A DNA stretch of 64,000 bases. It comes from an uncultured Planctomycetota bacterium (GTDB lineage: Bacteria > Planctomycetota > Planctomycetia > Isosphaerales > Isosphaeraceae). The notes under the pieces were generated by a model that was not told the DNA's origin, made no database searches, and saw only the letters and a program-made list of their open reading frames with translations. The position numbers and the translations under genes were made by a program. The stretch is from assembly GCA_963823665.1 (NCBI GenBank), contig CAWGMQ010000008.1:1120001-1184000 (forward strand), given 5' to 3'. Each line of letters begins with the position of its first letter. Position 1 is the first letter of the stretch. Shown here piece by piece: positions 34,164 through 45,823 of this stretch.

Positions 34164-35573
34164 TTACAAGATGGCGTGGATGACTTCGCCCCGGCTGATC
34201 GGGTGGGGTCGGCCGAGCGGGTCGTTGACCTCAGTTTGCGGGGCATATCCCAGGCAGTGAAAGATGGTCGCCGACAAGTCCTCGGGGCGGACTCGTCCCT
34301 CGGCGGGGTATGCTCCAATCCGGTCTGACGAGCCGTAGACCTGGCCGCCTCTGACACCGCCTCCGGCCAGAGAGACCGAGAATACCGAGCCCCAGTGGCC
34401 GCGACCGTTACCCTCCAGGCGAGGGGTGCGACCGAACTCGGCCATGCACACGACCAGCGTCTCCTCCAGTAGTCCACGGCGGTCCAAGTCCTCAAGCAAT
34501 GCCGAGTAGGCCTGATCCGTGGGGGGTACGAGCACCTCCTTGAGCCGTGATGATTCCTTGGTGTGGCTATCCCAGCAGGGGTTGGCCGGGGGCTCGTCGG
34601 GGCCTCGATACCAGTTCACTTGCACCAGCCGGACGCCGGCCTCCACCAGACGGCGCGCCAGGAGCACACCTCGGCCGAACGGGGATGCTCCGTAGCGATC
34701 CCGGTTCAGCAGGGGCTCTTCCTCCAGGCGGAATGCCTGGCGGGCCTGGCCGGAGCCGAGGAGATCGAACGCTCGACGTGCCTGCTCATCAAACGGCCCG
34801 GTCGACACCCTGAAATCGAGGGTCTCGAGCCCGCGCTGGATTCGCCCCAGAAGGCTTTTCCGCCGGTCCAAGCGACTCGGGTCAATGTTGTCAGGTAGGT
34901 CGATCTCCTGGATCGTGTATCCGGCAGCGTTCAGTTTGGCGGTCAAGAGCCAGGGGTCGGATGTTCGCCCCAGGAACCCTGCATCCTGGCCCGGCCAGAC
35001 ACTCCCATCGGTGTTGAAGATTCGGTGTGGGAGGGTGATGGAAGGTGGCAACCCGCCGCGGGCCTTGCTGATCCCGCGGAGCAGTCCGCCGATGCTGGGC
35101 GCGTCGTTCGGTGCCCCCGGATTGGCATTCTCGAAGTTCATGGGCTGGTGGGGCCGCCCCGTGAGCATATAATAGCCGCTGGAAGAGTGGGCGTTGTCAC
35201 TCGTTGAGACAGCTCGAAGAATGCAGAGCTTGCTGGCAACCAAAGCGGTATGAGGCAACAACTCGGAGATCGACAAGCCGGGCACCGTCGTGGCGATGGG
35301 GCGGAAATCACCTCGGACTTCGGCGGGAGCGTCTGGCTTGGGGTCCCAGGTCGAGTGCTGGCTCGGGCCGCCCATCAAGAACAAGAGGATGCAGGATTTC
35401 GCCCGGCCGAATGTGGAGATGCCTGTCGTTGGTCCAGTTGCCGTGGCTTCCGTCCTTAGCAGGTCGGAAAGGTTCAAACCCGCGCCGAGGAGACCCACGC
35501 CGCCGATGCGCATCACCTCACGTCGGTTCCATCCATCGCAGAGACGTGCGCCGGGGCCGAACAGACTGAGCAT
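34164..35573 (-). CDS. DUF1501 family protein
   Basis: Tat-like RREVMRIG, GGPSQHSTWDPKP, LLARRLVEAGV, WDSH, EFGRTP, GRGHW, AGGGVRGG. Confidence 0.9.
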   Translation of the reverse strand: MLSLFGPGARLCDGWNRREVMRIGGVGLLGAGLNLSDLLRTEATATGPTTGISTFGRAKSCILLFLMGGPSQHSTWDPKPDAPAEVRGDFRPIATTVPGLSISELLPHTALVASKLCILRAVSTSDNAHSSSGYYMLTGRPHQPMNFENANPGAPNDAPSIGGLLRGISKARGGLPPSITLPHRIFNTDGSVWPGQDAGFLGRTSDPWLLTAKLNAAGYTIQEIDLPDNIDPSRLDRRKSLLGRIQRGLETLDFRVSTGPFDEQARRAFDLLGSGQARQAFRLEEEPLLNRDRYGASPFGRGVLLARRLVEAGVRLVQVNWYRGPDEPPANPCWDSHTKESSRLKEVLVPPTDQAYSALLEDLDRRGLLEETLVVCMAEFGRTPRLEGNGRGHWGSVFSVSLAGGGVRGGQVYGSSDRIGAYPAEGRVRPEDLSATIFHCLGYAPQTEVNDPLGRPHPISRGEVIHAIL

Positions 35574-35677
35574 CAGAGCCCCGGTTAGAGAAGGGTCCGA
35601 GGGATGTAAAATAGTTGTTGAACAAAGCTGACTTTAACGAGATTCAGGGCTCACCACAAGGCTTTGAGGATTCACGT

Positions 35678-36424
35678 TTATACCGCAAGATCGTCCACGG
35701 ACTTGCCACGCCTCCGTCTTGGGAGCCCTTGGCACTGCTCGACCATTCGATTTACCCAAAGCAGTTTTTGCTTCTGCAACGAAGGCAATGGATGAAGGAA
35801 CTTGTTCGTCGTCCCTTCTTTCAGCAGCCCCCTGATCGTCTTGTTCCTGGCGATTTTCGATATACAGCGTTCAATCAGTGGGTCTAGCTTCGGGCTCACT
35901 CCCCAGGCACGAATCACGGGAATGGTCTTGTGCGTGGTGAGTTTCAGAGCCAGTTCATGCTGTCGTCGAGATGAAAAAACAGAATGCGAATCGAACGGGA
36001 CTTCTTCCTCTAGTTGCTTGAACTGCTTGAAGAATACGCCGCTCAGGGAGCATCGCAAGTCTGATAGGTTCAGAACTCTGACATGATGCCATTCGCAGCA
36101 GTGCATAACTCGCATCACTTGATATTGAGTCGTATCGGGTTTCGTCGGAACCAACGAGATAATCAATTCATGGATTGCCTCGCCACGGATGTGGTTGGTT
36201 ACGTCGATTAGCGGTCGGGATGAGCCGGGATTCATCATGACGAATACAGCATCGGGCTTTCTGCTGGAAAGCACCGAAATTCTCTCTGGAGCATGGGGTT
36301 TCTCGACGATTTCCAGAACGCTTCTGCAATGAACAACTTTGTTTCGTGCGACTTCGACCGAGTAGAAGTGGCCGAATACACCATACTTGTCTTTCAATTC
36401 GTGTGCTGGAATGAACCGAACCAT
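35678..36424 (-). CDS. Hypothetical protein, DUF1643-like, lower GC
   Basis: VFVMMNPGSS, VLNL, RAWG and HPL motifs. Visibly AT-richer than its neighbours. Confidence 0.55.
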   Translation of the reverse strand: MVRFIPAHELKDKYGVFGHFYSVEVARNKVVHCRSVLEIVEKPHAPERISVLSSRKPDAVFVMMNPGSSRPLIDVTNHIRGEAIHELIISLVPTKPDTTQYQVMRVMHCCEWHHVRVLNLSDLRCSLSGVFFKQFKQLEEEVPFDSHSVFSSRRQHELALKLTTHKTIPVIRAWGVSPKLDPLIERCISKIARNKTIRGLLKEGTTNKFLHPLPSLQKQKLLWVNRMVEQCQGLPRRRRGKSVDDLAV

Positions 36425-36653
36425 CGGTTGCCCCTTGGCGTTTTGCCTTCTCGTCGATCCCGCTGAACCAAAGACGCCAGATCGAACATCTGCGGCCTGA
36501 AGAGCGAACTACCATTCGGCGACCTTTGTGGCCGTGCGGCAGGGCAGTGGTCCGAACGACTATCATAACGCGGAAGCCGACCCCTAGCGGCGTTGATCAG
36601 CTTTCCCGGATCGTCTAACCTCGATGACGGTTCTTAGGAGGAGCGAGGCCCGC

Positions 36654-37550
36654 ATGCCAGGCGACGAGGTTGAACAAGAGGAAACGACTCCCCCACCGAC
36701 TGAGATCGAGGCAGTCGGCGGCGCCACCAAGCCGATTTCGAGACGACGGCGACTGCTCGTCCGGGCGCTCATTGTTGTAGTTGCCCTTGTCGTCGCCTGG
36801 CTGCTACTGGCTTACTTGATACTCCCGGCGCTCTGGCGGCATTACGAGCACCATCCCGCCCTTGAGAACGTCCCTAAAACGACCTTGACGGCTCAAGGTA
36901 TTCCCGGCGATCCGCTCAACGTTGGTCTGATCGGGACTGAAGCGGAGTTGATCCATGCGATTCACGGCGCCGGCTGGGACGACGCGGATCCGGTTACAGT
37001 GAGGTCGAGCATCCGGATCGCCGGCAGCGTGCTTCGAGACCGACCCTACGTCGGTGCGCCTGTGAGCAGGCTGTTCTTGTTCGGACGCAAGCAAGACCTC
37101 GCCTTCGAGAAGCCGGCCGGCAAGAGCGCGAGTCATCGCCACCACGTCCGGTTCTGGAAGTCCACGGAGTACGGACGGGGGGGCGTGCCCCTGTGGATCG
37201 GCGCGGTCACGTATGACCGGAGCGTCGGCTTGAGCCACCGCACGGGCCAGATCACCCATCACATCGCGGCGGACATCGACTCCGAGCGGGACGGGCTCGT
37301 CGCCGACCTGGTGAAGAACGGTTGGCTGACGGTGGAGTTTCAGGTCACCGGCGTCGGGGCAACGCTCCTGGGTCGAAACGGTGGCGGTGATCGGTACTAC
37401 ACGGACGGAGAACTGACCATCGGCGTGCTCGCCAAGAATCAGACTCGGGACACAATGCCGAACCGGCTGGAGAACCCCGCCCCGATCCAGATCAAGGAAC
37501 AGTTGTGGTCAGCGATCCGCCAGCTTATGCAATCGCTGCCGGGGCAATGA
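36654..37550 (+). CDS. LssY C-terminal domain membrane protein
   Basis: N-terminal TM, GDPLNVGLIG, GRKQDLAFEK, RHHVRFW, WIGAVTYD, ITHHIAADIDSERD, NGGGDRYYTDG. Confidence 0.8.
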   Translation: MPGDEVEQEETTPPPTEIEAVGGATKPISRRRRLLVRALIVVVALVVAWLLLAYLILPALWRHYEHHPALENVPKTTLTAQGIPGDPLNVGLIGTEAELIHAIHGAGWDDADPVTVRSSIRIAGSVLRDRPYVGAPVSRLFLFGRKQDLAFEKPAGKSASHRHHVRFWKSTEYGRGGVPLWIGAVTYDRSVGLSHRTGQITHHIAADIDSERDGLVADLVKNGWLTVEFQVTGVGATLLGRNGGGDRYYTDGELTIGVLAKNQTRDTMPNRLENPAPIQIKEQLWSAIRQLMQSLPGQ

Positions 37551-38035
37551 CTCACGGTGGATAATGAGGTGAGCCACCAGGCCCACGGAGCACTTGGATA
37601 CGAGGAAACCGCTCGCCTCGTCCTCTTCAAGAAGAACCTGGACTGAATGATTCCAGAGCATTGTGATCCTACCGGCGTGGATGCCGGTACGGCGGACGGG
37701 ACTTGAGCGGTTTCACCACGGCGGCCTGGGCGGGCGGCAACGCGATGCGGAAACCGCTTGAGCTAGCCAGGGAGAACAGGTCCGTCGGGCGAAGCGCGAT
37801 CGACTGTTCTGCTCGGCCGCGCACCAGTCGCGAGAGCGGGCCCGCGGGGAGCTTCGCAACTGGCTTGCTCTGGAATTCCCGCCGAGGATGAGACGTCCGA
37901 AGTTCGTCATTGCGGGCGTGCTCGGCTCGGGCAGCCCGGCGAGAGGGTCGGGCATCACGGCCGCCCTGGTCACCGGTGCGGGGCCTGGCGCCCGAGCCGA
38001 TGGCAGCGGAGCAACGCCGGGCGACGCGGCACCGG

Positions 38036-38659
38036 TCAACCTTCGGGACAACCAAATCGGATCGCGGCCCGCTGCAAGAACTGCATCCGGATCTTCTCCC
38101 AGATTCTTCGGACCATGTACTTCGACCAGGGCTCGCCGGTCTTGGCGGCGAGCTCGTCGGCAATGGTCTGCTCCGTGTCTCCATCGAGCTTGCCGCGCAA
38201 GACGAGACATTCCACGTCGTCGTGCGGGACTTCGTTCAGAAGTTGCAGGACCTCGAGCGCCTCGGCCTGAGATTCCTCCGCGGCGAGCAAATCCAGAGCC
38301 TGGCCCTGTGAGTCATCCGGGGCTTCCAGGTCCAGGGCGATCCGCTCCCGCGCCCTTGACTCAACCAGGGCCTTGCGGCTCCTGTCCACGTACTTGCGGT
38401 AGGCAACCGTGACGAGCAAGTCCTCGAAGTCTTTCCAGGTCTTCAATTCCTGGAGCTGTTTTTCCTTGAGGCGACGGTAGACCGTGCGCACGGCGGACGA
38501 GGCCGCGTCTTCCGGCGTGTACCAGCGGATGCGCTCGCCGAACTTACGCCTGGCGGCCTGGACCACGTTGGGTAGGATCTTCTCATAAACTCGCGCAAAC
38601 ATTTGTTCGTCGCTAGCGTTCAGCGTGCCTTTCAGGTCTTCAAACAGGCCGTCCGACAT
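38036..38659 (-). CDS. Divergent ECF-type sigma factor, head-to-head with a kinase
   Basis: PEDAASSAVRTVYRRL..LLVTVAYRK, LRGKLDGDTEQTIADEL..VRRIWEKIR. Confidence 0.65.
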   Translation of the reverse strand: MSDGLFEDLKGTLNASDEQMFARVYEKILPNVVQAARRKFGERIRWYTPEDAASSAVRTVYRRLKEKQLQELKTWKDFEDLLVTVAYRKYVDRSRKALVESRARERIALDLEAPDDSQGQALDLLAAEESQAEALEVLQLLNEVPHDDVECLVLRGKLDGDTEQTIADELAAKTGEPWSKYMVRRIWEKIRMQFLQRAAIRFGCPEG

Positions 38660-38824
38660 CGCTCTCACCCCGGCGATCTCGATTTCCAGTCCGAGTCTCT
38701 TGTGGCCCTCTATCTCATTGCTTTTCCGATTACTTTCATAACAAGATCGTGTAAGCCGACCCAGCGGTGCGCGAAATCGGTTTCCGATGGACATGAATCC
38801 ACTGGCATCCTCTGGAGAGAACCG

Positions 38825-41800
38825 ATGAGGTCCTTACCCGGCGAGCTGGAATTGAGTGATGGCCGCGACGAGGACGCGGCATGGGCGCTCGCCCTGCGGT
38901 TTCAGAAAGAATGGAACCCACGACTCGTGCTCGATGAATATCTCGACGAACTTCCGCCCGGGAGCGAAGCTCGCAGGATTGCGGTGGTCCATTTATGCCA
39001 GATCGATCTGGAATTGCGGTGGAACCAGGGCCAGAAGCCGCGGGCCGACGAGTACTTCGGACGCCTAACTCGCGAGCGGGGCGACGACCGGGTCGCGACC
39101 ATGGAGCTGATCCAGTCGGAGTACCAGCACCGCCGCGAACATTTCCAGAGGGAGTGCCTGCGGGTCCTGGATGAGCGCGAAGTGCTTCGGAAAGAGAGCG
39201 CCCGGTTGTTGATCGAATCGTTTTGCCAGGGGTATCCGGTTTATGGCGAAGAACTGGCCGTGCAATTAAAGCGCACTTTCCCGATACCGCCCCTGGCAGA
39301 GCCGACCGAGCGGTTCCAGGTCTTGCGGGAATATGAAAGCGGCGGGCTCGGGGTCATCTCTCTGGCTCGCGATCAAGAGCTGCACCGTGATGTCGCGCTC
39401 AAGAGAATCAAGGACCAGAACTGCGACGATCCCGAGAGTCGGAGGCGATTCCTCCTCGAAGCGGAAACTACGGGAAACCTCGAGCATCCGGGGATCGTGC
39501 CGGTCTATGGTCTAGGCTACGATCGGGATGGCAGCCCGTTTTACGCCATGCGATTCATCCAGGGCACGCGCCTCAAGGACGAGATCACACGGTTCCACGA
39601 GGCAACCGGCAGAGCGGACCGCGGTCCTGGTGAGCGCACGCTCGAGCTGCATAAACTGCTCCGCCGGATTCTGGACGTCTGCAATACGGTGTCGTACGCG
39701 CACAGCCGAGGTCTCGTGCACCGCGACTTGAAGCCGGGCAACATCATGTTGGGCCTTTACGGGGAGACGCTCGTCCTCGACTGGGGCCTGGTCAAAGTGA
39801 TCGGGCGTCAAGATTCCCCGAGCACTGGGAAGAAGAACTCGCTTTCGGGCTTGCACTCGTCCGATTCCGACGGGACGTTGATCGGGACGGTGCTCGGCAC
39901 CGTTGTGAACATGAGCCCCGAGCAAGCCACGGGCGACCTCGAGGCAATCGGCCCCGCCAGCGACGTCTACAGCCTGGGCACGATCCTCTACTGCCTGCTC
40001 ACAGGCCGCGAGCCATTCGAGGGGAAGTCAGAGGAAATACTCGAGAAGGTGAAGCGTGGCGATTACCCACCGCCTCGTGAAATTGACCGCAGTGTGCCGC
40101 CGGCGCTGGCCGCTATTTGCAAGCGCGCGATGGCGCTAAGACCTGATGATCGCTATGAAAGCGTGCGCACTCTGGCAGAAGACATTGAACATTGGCTTGC
40201 CGACGAGCCGGTCTCGGCCTGGCACGAACCGTTGAAAGCCCAGGCGCGGCGATGGGCGCGGCGTAATCGCGCTGCCGCCACAGGAGTAGCCGCGGCAGCG
40301 ATTGCGGGGGTGATGGGGCTCTTCACCGTGCTGGCCGTGCAGACCCGGGCGTACACGGAGCTCATGCAGGCCAACCTGAACCTCAAGCTGGCCAACCACC
40401 AGGTCCAATCCGCCCGCGATCGCGCCGAAAACCACCTCGAGCTGGCGCTGCGGGCCATTGAACACTTCCATCGGTCGGTGAGCCAAAACCTCGACGTCCA
40501 GAACCGCCCGGACCTGCAATCCCTGCGGCGTGAGTTGCTGGAGGCGCCGCTGAAGTTTTACGCCGAGCTGAAAAGCGACCTCTCCGCGAATGCCGATGAT
40601 CGACCCGAACCGGCGCTCCAGTACGCCCAGGCCATCATGGGCCTCGCGGCGATCACCGCCTTAGTCGGATCGGAGCCCGACGCCGTCGCGGCGTATCAAG
40701 ATGCGATTGGAGTCCTCGAGCGACTTTCAGGTTCAGGCCAACAGCCGACCGTGGACCGGGCCCGGCGGATCATGGCACTTGCGTATATGAATCTGGCGGT
40801 ACTCGAGGGGGCGGCGAGCAAGACCGCTCGGGCGTTGGCTAGCAGCGAGCGGTCGCGCGACCTCTATCGGAGATTGGTCGCGGACCATCCTGCCGATCAA
40901 GCTTATCAGTTCGGGCTGGCGCAAGTCGAAAACATTTGTGGTCAGAACCTACGCGATGAACGACGAAATGATGAGGCTCTTGCAACCTACACGCAGGCCC
41001 GGGATCGTGTTCGGGCGCTGGTGGCCGCGCATCCGGCGACGAACGAGTATCGCTCTTTGCTTGCCCTGGTTTTGACCAAACTGGGCGTGCTCGCTCGCGC
41101 GAAAGACCAGATCGCGGAAGCCAAGCAAAGCTACGAGGAAGCCATTACTCTTTTCGAGGTTCTGATCCGCGATCAGCCGGAAAACGTCAAGCATCGTCGC
41201 GGGCTGGCGAGCGTGTCGTACAATCTGGGAACCCTGTACGGAATCAATCTGCCCGGGCCTTCCAAGGCGAAGCATTACCTGGAAAAGGCTCGAGATTTAC
41301 AACAGGCACTGGTCACGGAGCACTCGTCCGTCGGCGAGTATCAGGCCGACCTGGCCAAGACGTTCGGCCAGATCGGCGCCGTGTTCAGGTATCACGTGCC
41401 GCCGGAGGTGTCGCTGGCGAGCTTCGAGCGCGCGAGAGAATTGCTCGAGGGGCTGGCGCGTGAGCACCCCACGGTTACCCGATACCGTAGCGACCTCGCC
41501 ATGACGCAGTACAACATCGGCGAACGGCAGCTTGTCGCCAAGCGCCCTGCAGAGGCCTTGATGAGCTTCGACCGGGCCCTCACACTCTCTGAGCCATTGA
41601 TCCTTGAGTCTCCGAAAAATGTACTCCTGAAGCAACAATTGTTCGAAGTTCTCAAGGATCGCGGTTCCGCCCTGGCTGCGCTCAAACGGTTTCAGGAATC
41701 GGCGGAAGCCTACGAGCGGGCGATCTCGGTCGCACGCGAGGCATACGACGGTTCCGCCAGCAACTTATTCCGACGAGAGGTCGGGGGGAAACGATCACTG

Positions 41801-42183
41801 CGCATGAAGAGCTCATCAAGATATGGCGCGCGCTCGATCAGCCGGAGAAGGCGCTGCAAGTGATGTGTTCGGCTTGCAAGTTCATCGAGAATTTCCCCTC
41901 TCTCGAACCGAAGGACTGGCTATCGCTCGCGGCCCTCTACTCCCAGGCAAGCGGCGAGATCGGCCGGCGAAGCTTTATCCCATCGGCCGCCGACGCGGCA
42001 AGACAAGAGGCTTATGCCGGCGGCGCGATCGCGGCGTTGCGCCGCTTCGTGGCGACCGGCTACGCAACCTTCGATCGATTGCGCAACAACCCGGCCTTCG
42101 ACCCCCTCCGCGGCCGCGCCGATTTTCAGGGTTTGATGATGGACCTCGCCATGCCCGTCGAACCGTTTGGTTCAAATCGGTGA
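38825..42183 (+). CDS. Ser/Thr kinase with TPR C-terminus (frameshifts near 41780-41860)
   Basis: GGLGVI, RDVALK, HRDLKPGN, DWGL, MSPEQ, then TM and TPR-like repeats. Typical tail (PAFDPLRGRADFQGLMMDLAMPVEPF) in ORF 41860..42183. Confidence 0.85.
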
Positions 42184-42353
42184 GGTCCAGGTCGAAAGGT
42201 TGTTGCGGGAAGATACGCCAACGGTTTTTGGTTCGCTGTACAGGGGCGTTGCGGTAAGCTGAAGACGACGAGGCTCTGAAGGTGTTCTGGAGCGCACGAC
42301 CGACTTCCCAGATACAAGCCTGGCAACCACCAAGAATCAGGAGGCTCGGTACC

Positions 42354-43031
42354 ATGCCTTCACCGGAGGAGAGAAGTGCGACCACCGTTGTGATGGAGAT
42401 GGAGCCCGGCCGGATCTATGTGAAGATCGCCGAGCCCAAGCCCGAACCAGACCGGATCGAAATGTTGCTCCGTCTGACCATCGAGCAATGGTTTAACGCC
42501 CATCCACAATTCGTGATCGACAAGGCAGAAGCGGTCACCGATCACGGCGTAATGCAGGGAATTCATGTCTGGTATCACGTCAACGATCGCCAGCCTGAGC
42601 CAGTGAATCCTGAACCTCCACAGCAGGTGATTTCGCTTGCTGTTGAAGTGCATATCCAGGTTTTCCGGCAGCTCCCGATGGAACACATCGAGGCAGTCGT
42701 TGACGAAGCGGTCGAGATCTGGCGTTCACATCAGGATGGGCATGGCACGATGGTCGTGATCAGCCCTCGCCGAATCGCCGTCGTCCTCGACAAACAGGCA
42801 AACCGTGGAGCTGTGGTCCCAGTCGAATTGATCTATCCTGCCATTCTGGATGCGACGAAATCGAGCGTTCAATCGTGGCTGGAGGCACCGCCCAATCGGT
42901 TTCTCGTGGTCCAGATAGCTGGAAGCTGGTTCGTGTTCCACAAGAGCGAAACACAGAAGAGCAAGGTCGTCGATCCGCCCTTCCTGCGCTCCAACATGAG
43001 TTACGACACCGGACCACGACCTACAGAATGA
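42354..43031 (+). CDS. Hypothetical protein
   Basis: AGGAGG SD upstream and a 225-aa ORF of protein-like composition. Confidence 0.6.
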   Translation: MPSPEERSATTVVMEMEPGRIYVKIAEPKPEPDRIEMLLRLTIEQWFNAHPQFVIDKAEAVTDHGVMQGIHVWYHVNDRQPEPVNPEPPQQVISLAVEVHIQVFRQLPMEHIEAVVDEAVEIWRSHQDGHGTMVVISPRRIAVVLDKQANRGAVVPVELIYPAILDATKSSVQSWLEAPPNRFLVVQIAGSWFVFHKSETQKSKVVDPPFLRSNMSYDTGPRPTE

Positions 43032-43251
43032 TTTACCCATCGAGGTCTGGATGCTTGTGGTTGCCCATCAAATTGACGCCGATGGTGGTGATCCTCGTCG
43101 ATCCCGCTGGACCGGAGGATCTGGACGATCCAGAAGTCCTTCACCTTGACGAAAGCTGAGCAGTCCGGATCGGCTCTCGTGTGATGTGGCTGGGAAATCT
43201 CCAGGGTTCGGTCAAAGATCGAGAATACGTCCATGCCGGAGGGGGAGAGCC

Positions 43252-44001
43252 ATGTCCAAGAAGAGGATTTCACGAAACGCTCCGTGCCCATGCGGCAGTG
43301 GCAAGAAGTACAAGAATTGCTGCTATGGGAAGGGATTCGAGTGGGTCGAGGGCGAGGATGGAGCGGTTGGCAAGTCCATTCCCATGACCGAGGAAATTAC
43401 CGAGGTCTTTCAGCAACTTCGGCAAACCTTCATCGACAAGCACGGCCGGGAGCCCGAGCCAGATGAATTGCTCTTCACGGACCTGCCTCACCTGGAGCAT
43501 CTGGAGGCCATGATGATCGGAGACTTGAAGTCAGCCGGTCTAGACCCGGCCCTCATCTATGCTTTCGAGAAGACCGGCAGGCTCGTCTCGGAAGAGAACC
43601 AGCACTTGATTCCAGAGAAGGACCTGGAGGAATGGAGATCAGCCGTCGAGGAATACCGGAGGGAGCATTCAAAGCGACAGAGACCCATGAAGTTCCCAAC
43701 GGGAACCATGGCCTTTTACGGTCCCGATGATAAGACCACGACCAAGATTGCCGCAGGTGTGTTCACAGCAGAGAATTCCAAAGCGATTATCAAGCGTTGG
43801 GTTGCTACCGACGTGACGACCAACCCAAAGATCCAGCGGGAGATCGAGGAGTTCTTCAAAGAGCACGGGGTCAAGTCGGTCGCAATGAGCGATGGAAACA
43901 TGGGTTGCCCGCACGAGGAGGGAGAGGATTTCCCCGATGGCGAAGACTGTCCGTTTTGTCCTTTTTGGAAGGGGAAACAGGGAAGCAATCAGTGGTTCTG
44001 A
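43252..44001 (+). CDS. SEC-C motif protein with C-terminal Cys/His cluster
   Basis: RNAPCPCGSGKKYKNCC at the N-terminus and GCPHEEGEDFPDGEDCPFCPFW at the C-terminus. Confidence 0.8.
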   Translation: MSKKRISRNAPCPCGSGKKYKNCCYGKGFEWVEGEDGAVGKSIPMTEEITEVFQQLRQTFIDKHGREPEPDELLFTDLPHLEHLEAMMIGDLKSAGLDPALIYAFEKTGRLVSEENQHLIPEKDLEEWRSAVEEYRREHSKRQRPMKFPTGTMAFYGPDDKTTTKIAAGVFTAENSKAIIKRWVATDVTTNPKIQREIEEFFKEHGVKSVAMSDGNMGCPHEEGEDFPDGEDCPFCPFWKGKQGSNQWF

Positions 44002-44070
44002 GATCAAACCCGTCACGTGAACTTGCTTCCGATGTTCCTCACAGTAGATCCGTTGGAAAGATTTTGAGAC

Positions 44071-44382
44071 TTGAGCGTGCAAACGAAGAGAATCAAAATC
44101 ATTCCAGCCCTGCATGGCAAGCTGACTCGTGACGGGAAACTCAGCGAGCCGGATATCTACTACATTTTGGAGAAATGGCTGGAGCGTCATCCTTCGTTCA
44201 AAGGCAGGGAGAACGAGATCCGAATCGTCAGGGGTCGATGGACCCTCCCTGAAGGCATCAGAACCGAGGTCGTCTCAGTCTCTGTCATGGAACACAAGGA
44301 CATCGCCGGTTATGATCCCGCTCAGGATCGTGACTTGTACGAATACTATCTGGCGGAAGAGGGATACTACCAGGAGCTGTAG
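44071..44382 (+). CDS. Small hypothetical protein
   Basis: ~100-aa ORF of protein-like composition, start uncertain. Confidence 0.5.
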   Translation: MSVQTKRIKIIPALHGKLTRDGKLSEPDIYYILEKWLERHPSFKGRENEIRIVRGRWTLPEGIRTEVVSVSVMEHKDIAGYDPAQDRDLYEYYLAEEGYYQEL

Positions 44383-44579
44383 ACGACGGCGTTGTTAGAC
44401 CTGGCTGGTTCTCAGAATCGACACGGTTCAGCCTAGGCCACTCGAATCTTGCCCAGAACACCCCCTCAAGTCCATCTCGAACTCAATCCCCATGATCGGC
44501 GGTCGGCTGAAAAACCAACGGACGCCAAGAGCCCGCGCAGTACCGATCCTTCTCAGAATCACGTCCGGGAGGATTCTCT

Positions 44580-44880
44580 CCAGATCGACGAACAGCCCCC
44601 AGTCCTCAAGAATCTTTGAGCACCCAGCGTTGAACTCGGCAAAGCCGCTGAAGGTGCACGGACGGGGCGATCATAGTTCGATCCCACAAAGAGCTGCTTT
44701 GGGGCGTCTCGAATCTTTGAGGTAATTCTCGATCAGATCAAACATTCGGCGATAGGCAATGGGATGACGAAACGTGACATGGGCAATCTCGAATCCCGGT
44801 GCCGAGACGACCCCGCATGAATAGGGAGAAATGCCGGGAAGGAACAGGTAGTCACCTTGGGGATGAGGAATCAATGGCAT
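44580..44880 (-). pseudogene. CnbZ-like (2-amino-5-chloromuconate deaminase family) pseudogene
   Basis: GDYLFLPGISPYSCGVVSAPGFEI..ALCGIEL*SPRPCTFSGFAEFN..LEDWGLF. TGA at 44671-44673 sits where ELRSP is expected, and the similarity fades near 44580. Confidence 0.6.
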
Positions 44881-44899
44881 GAGACGGCTCCGTGGATGT

Positions 44900-45062
44900 T
44901 CAATGTCGCCTCTTCTTGAGGGCGCTTAGCGCAACGTCTATCATAACGCCCAACCCGACTCCCACGGCGTAGCAGGCAAGGTCGCTCCAAAGAAACCCAA
45001 AGCCCAGGATCAGCCCACCCAGGGTTGTTCGGCGGATCGAATCGATCCAGGGAGCGAGCTGT
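44900..45062 (-). pseudogene. DUF2809-like membrane protein, C-terminal remnant
   Basis: APWIDSIRRTTLGGLILGFGFLWSDLACYAVG. The 5' part is replaced by the divergent gene starting at 45065. Confidence 0.55.
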
Positions 45063-45064
45063 TG

Positions 45065-45823
45065 ATGGTTCCGACAAGAAAGACCCTGGTTTGTTTCCTC
45101 CTCATTGGGATCTCCGTCTGGGGCGTCCTCTCGACCACGGCGATAACCATCTTCATCTTGTCGAACGATCAAGACCCTGACCACCGTGCCATCATCAAGA
45201 TGGGCGTCGGCTTGATCCTCATCTGGTGCGTCCTGGGCGGGCTGGTCATGTGGGGGCTCAGGGACCGCTTCGTCCGTTGGGCGACCCGCATCTCCCTGGG
45301 CTGGCGAACCCGATTCGTGTTGCTCTGCATTGCTTTTGCCATGCTTGAAGAGGCGGTGACAACCGGCTTGACCAACATGGCACCTATGCTCGGAGCGGTC
45401 ACGGACGCTGCTCGGATCACGGTCTCCAAGAACTATTTCGTGGTGGTCTTCACGAACAGTGTGATCGTGTTCGTCCCGCTGTTTCTCTGTTGGGCCTGGC
45501 TGCTATCCCGCTACGATTTCCGCCCGATCGAAGTCTTACTTTTGTTCGGGCTGACTGGGACGCTCGCCGAGACCATCACCTTCGGTCCTCAGAACTTGAT
45601 CCAGGTCGGGATGTGGGTCTGGGTCTATGGGTTGATGGCGTACCTGCCCGCCTGCACGGTGCCCGAGGAACGAGGGACAAAGGTCGCCAGGTGGTGGCAT
45701 TGGCTGATGGCGGTTTTCTTGCCCCTTGTGTTTATCATCCCATTAGTCTTGTGGCTGGTCTGGAAGGCGGCAACCACGGCGTGGAACTTCTTGACGAGGA
45801 AGCGACCAACCGGTGGTGAATGA
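45065..45823 (+). CDS. Multi-pass membrane protein
   Basis: About seven hydrophobic segments. Confidence 0.7.
   Translation: MVPTRKTLVCFLLIGISVWGVLSTTAITIFILSNDQDPDHRAIIKMGVGLILIWCVLGGLVMWGLRDRFVRWATRISLGWRTRFVLLCIAFAMLEEAVTTGLTNMAPMLGAVTDAARITVSKNYFVVVFTNSVIVFVPLFLCWAWLLSRYDFRPIEVLLLFGLTGTLAETITFGPQNLIQVGMWVWVYGLMAYLPACTVPEERGTKVARWWHWLMAVFLPLVFIIPLVLWLVWKAATTAWNFLTRKRPTGGE

Noticed and set aside
37669..38035. Possible small gene downstream of the divergent ECF
   Set aside because: All frames give Arg/Pro/Ala-rich sequence without motifs or a clear start, so no gene is supportable.
44671..44673. In-frame TGA as possible selenocysteine or readthrough
   Set aside because: It falls at an expected Arg (ELRSP, CGA>TGA), and the gene is truncated soon after, so this is a nonsense mutation.
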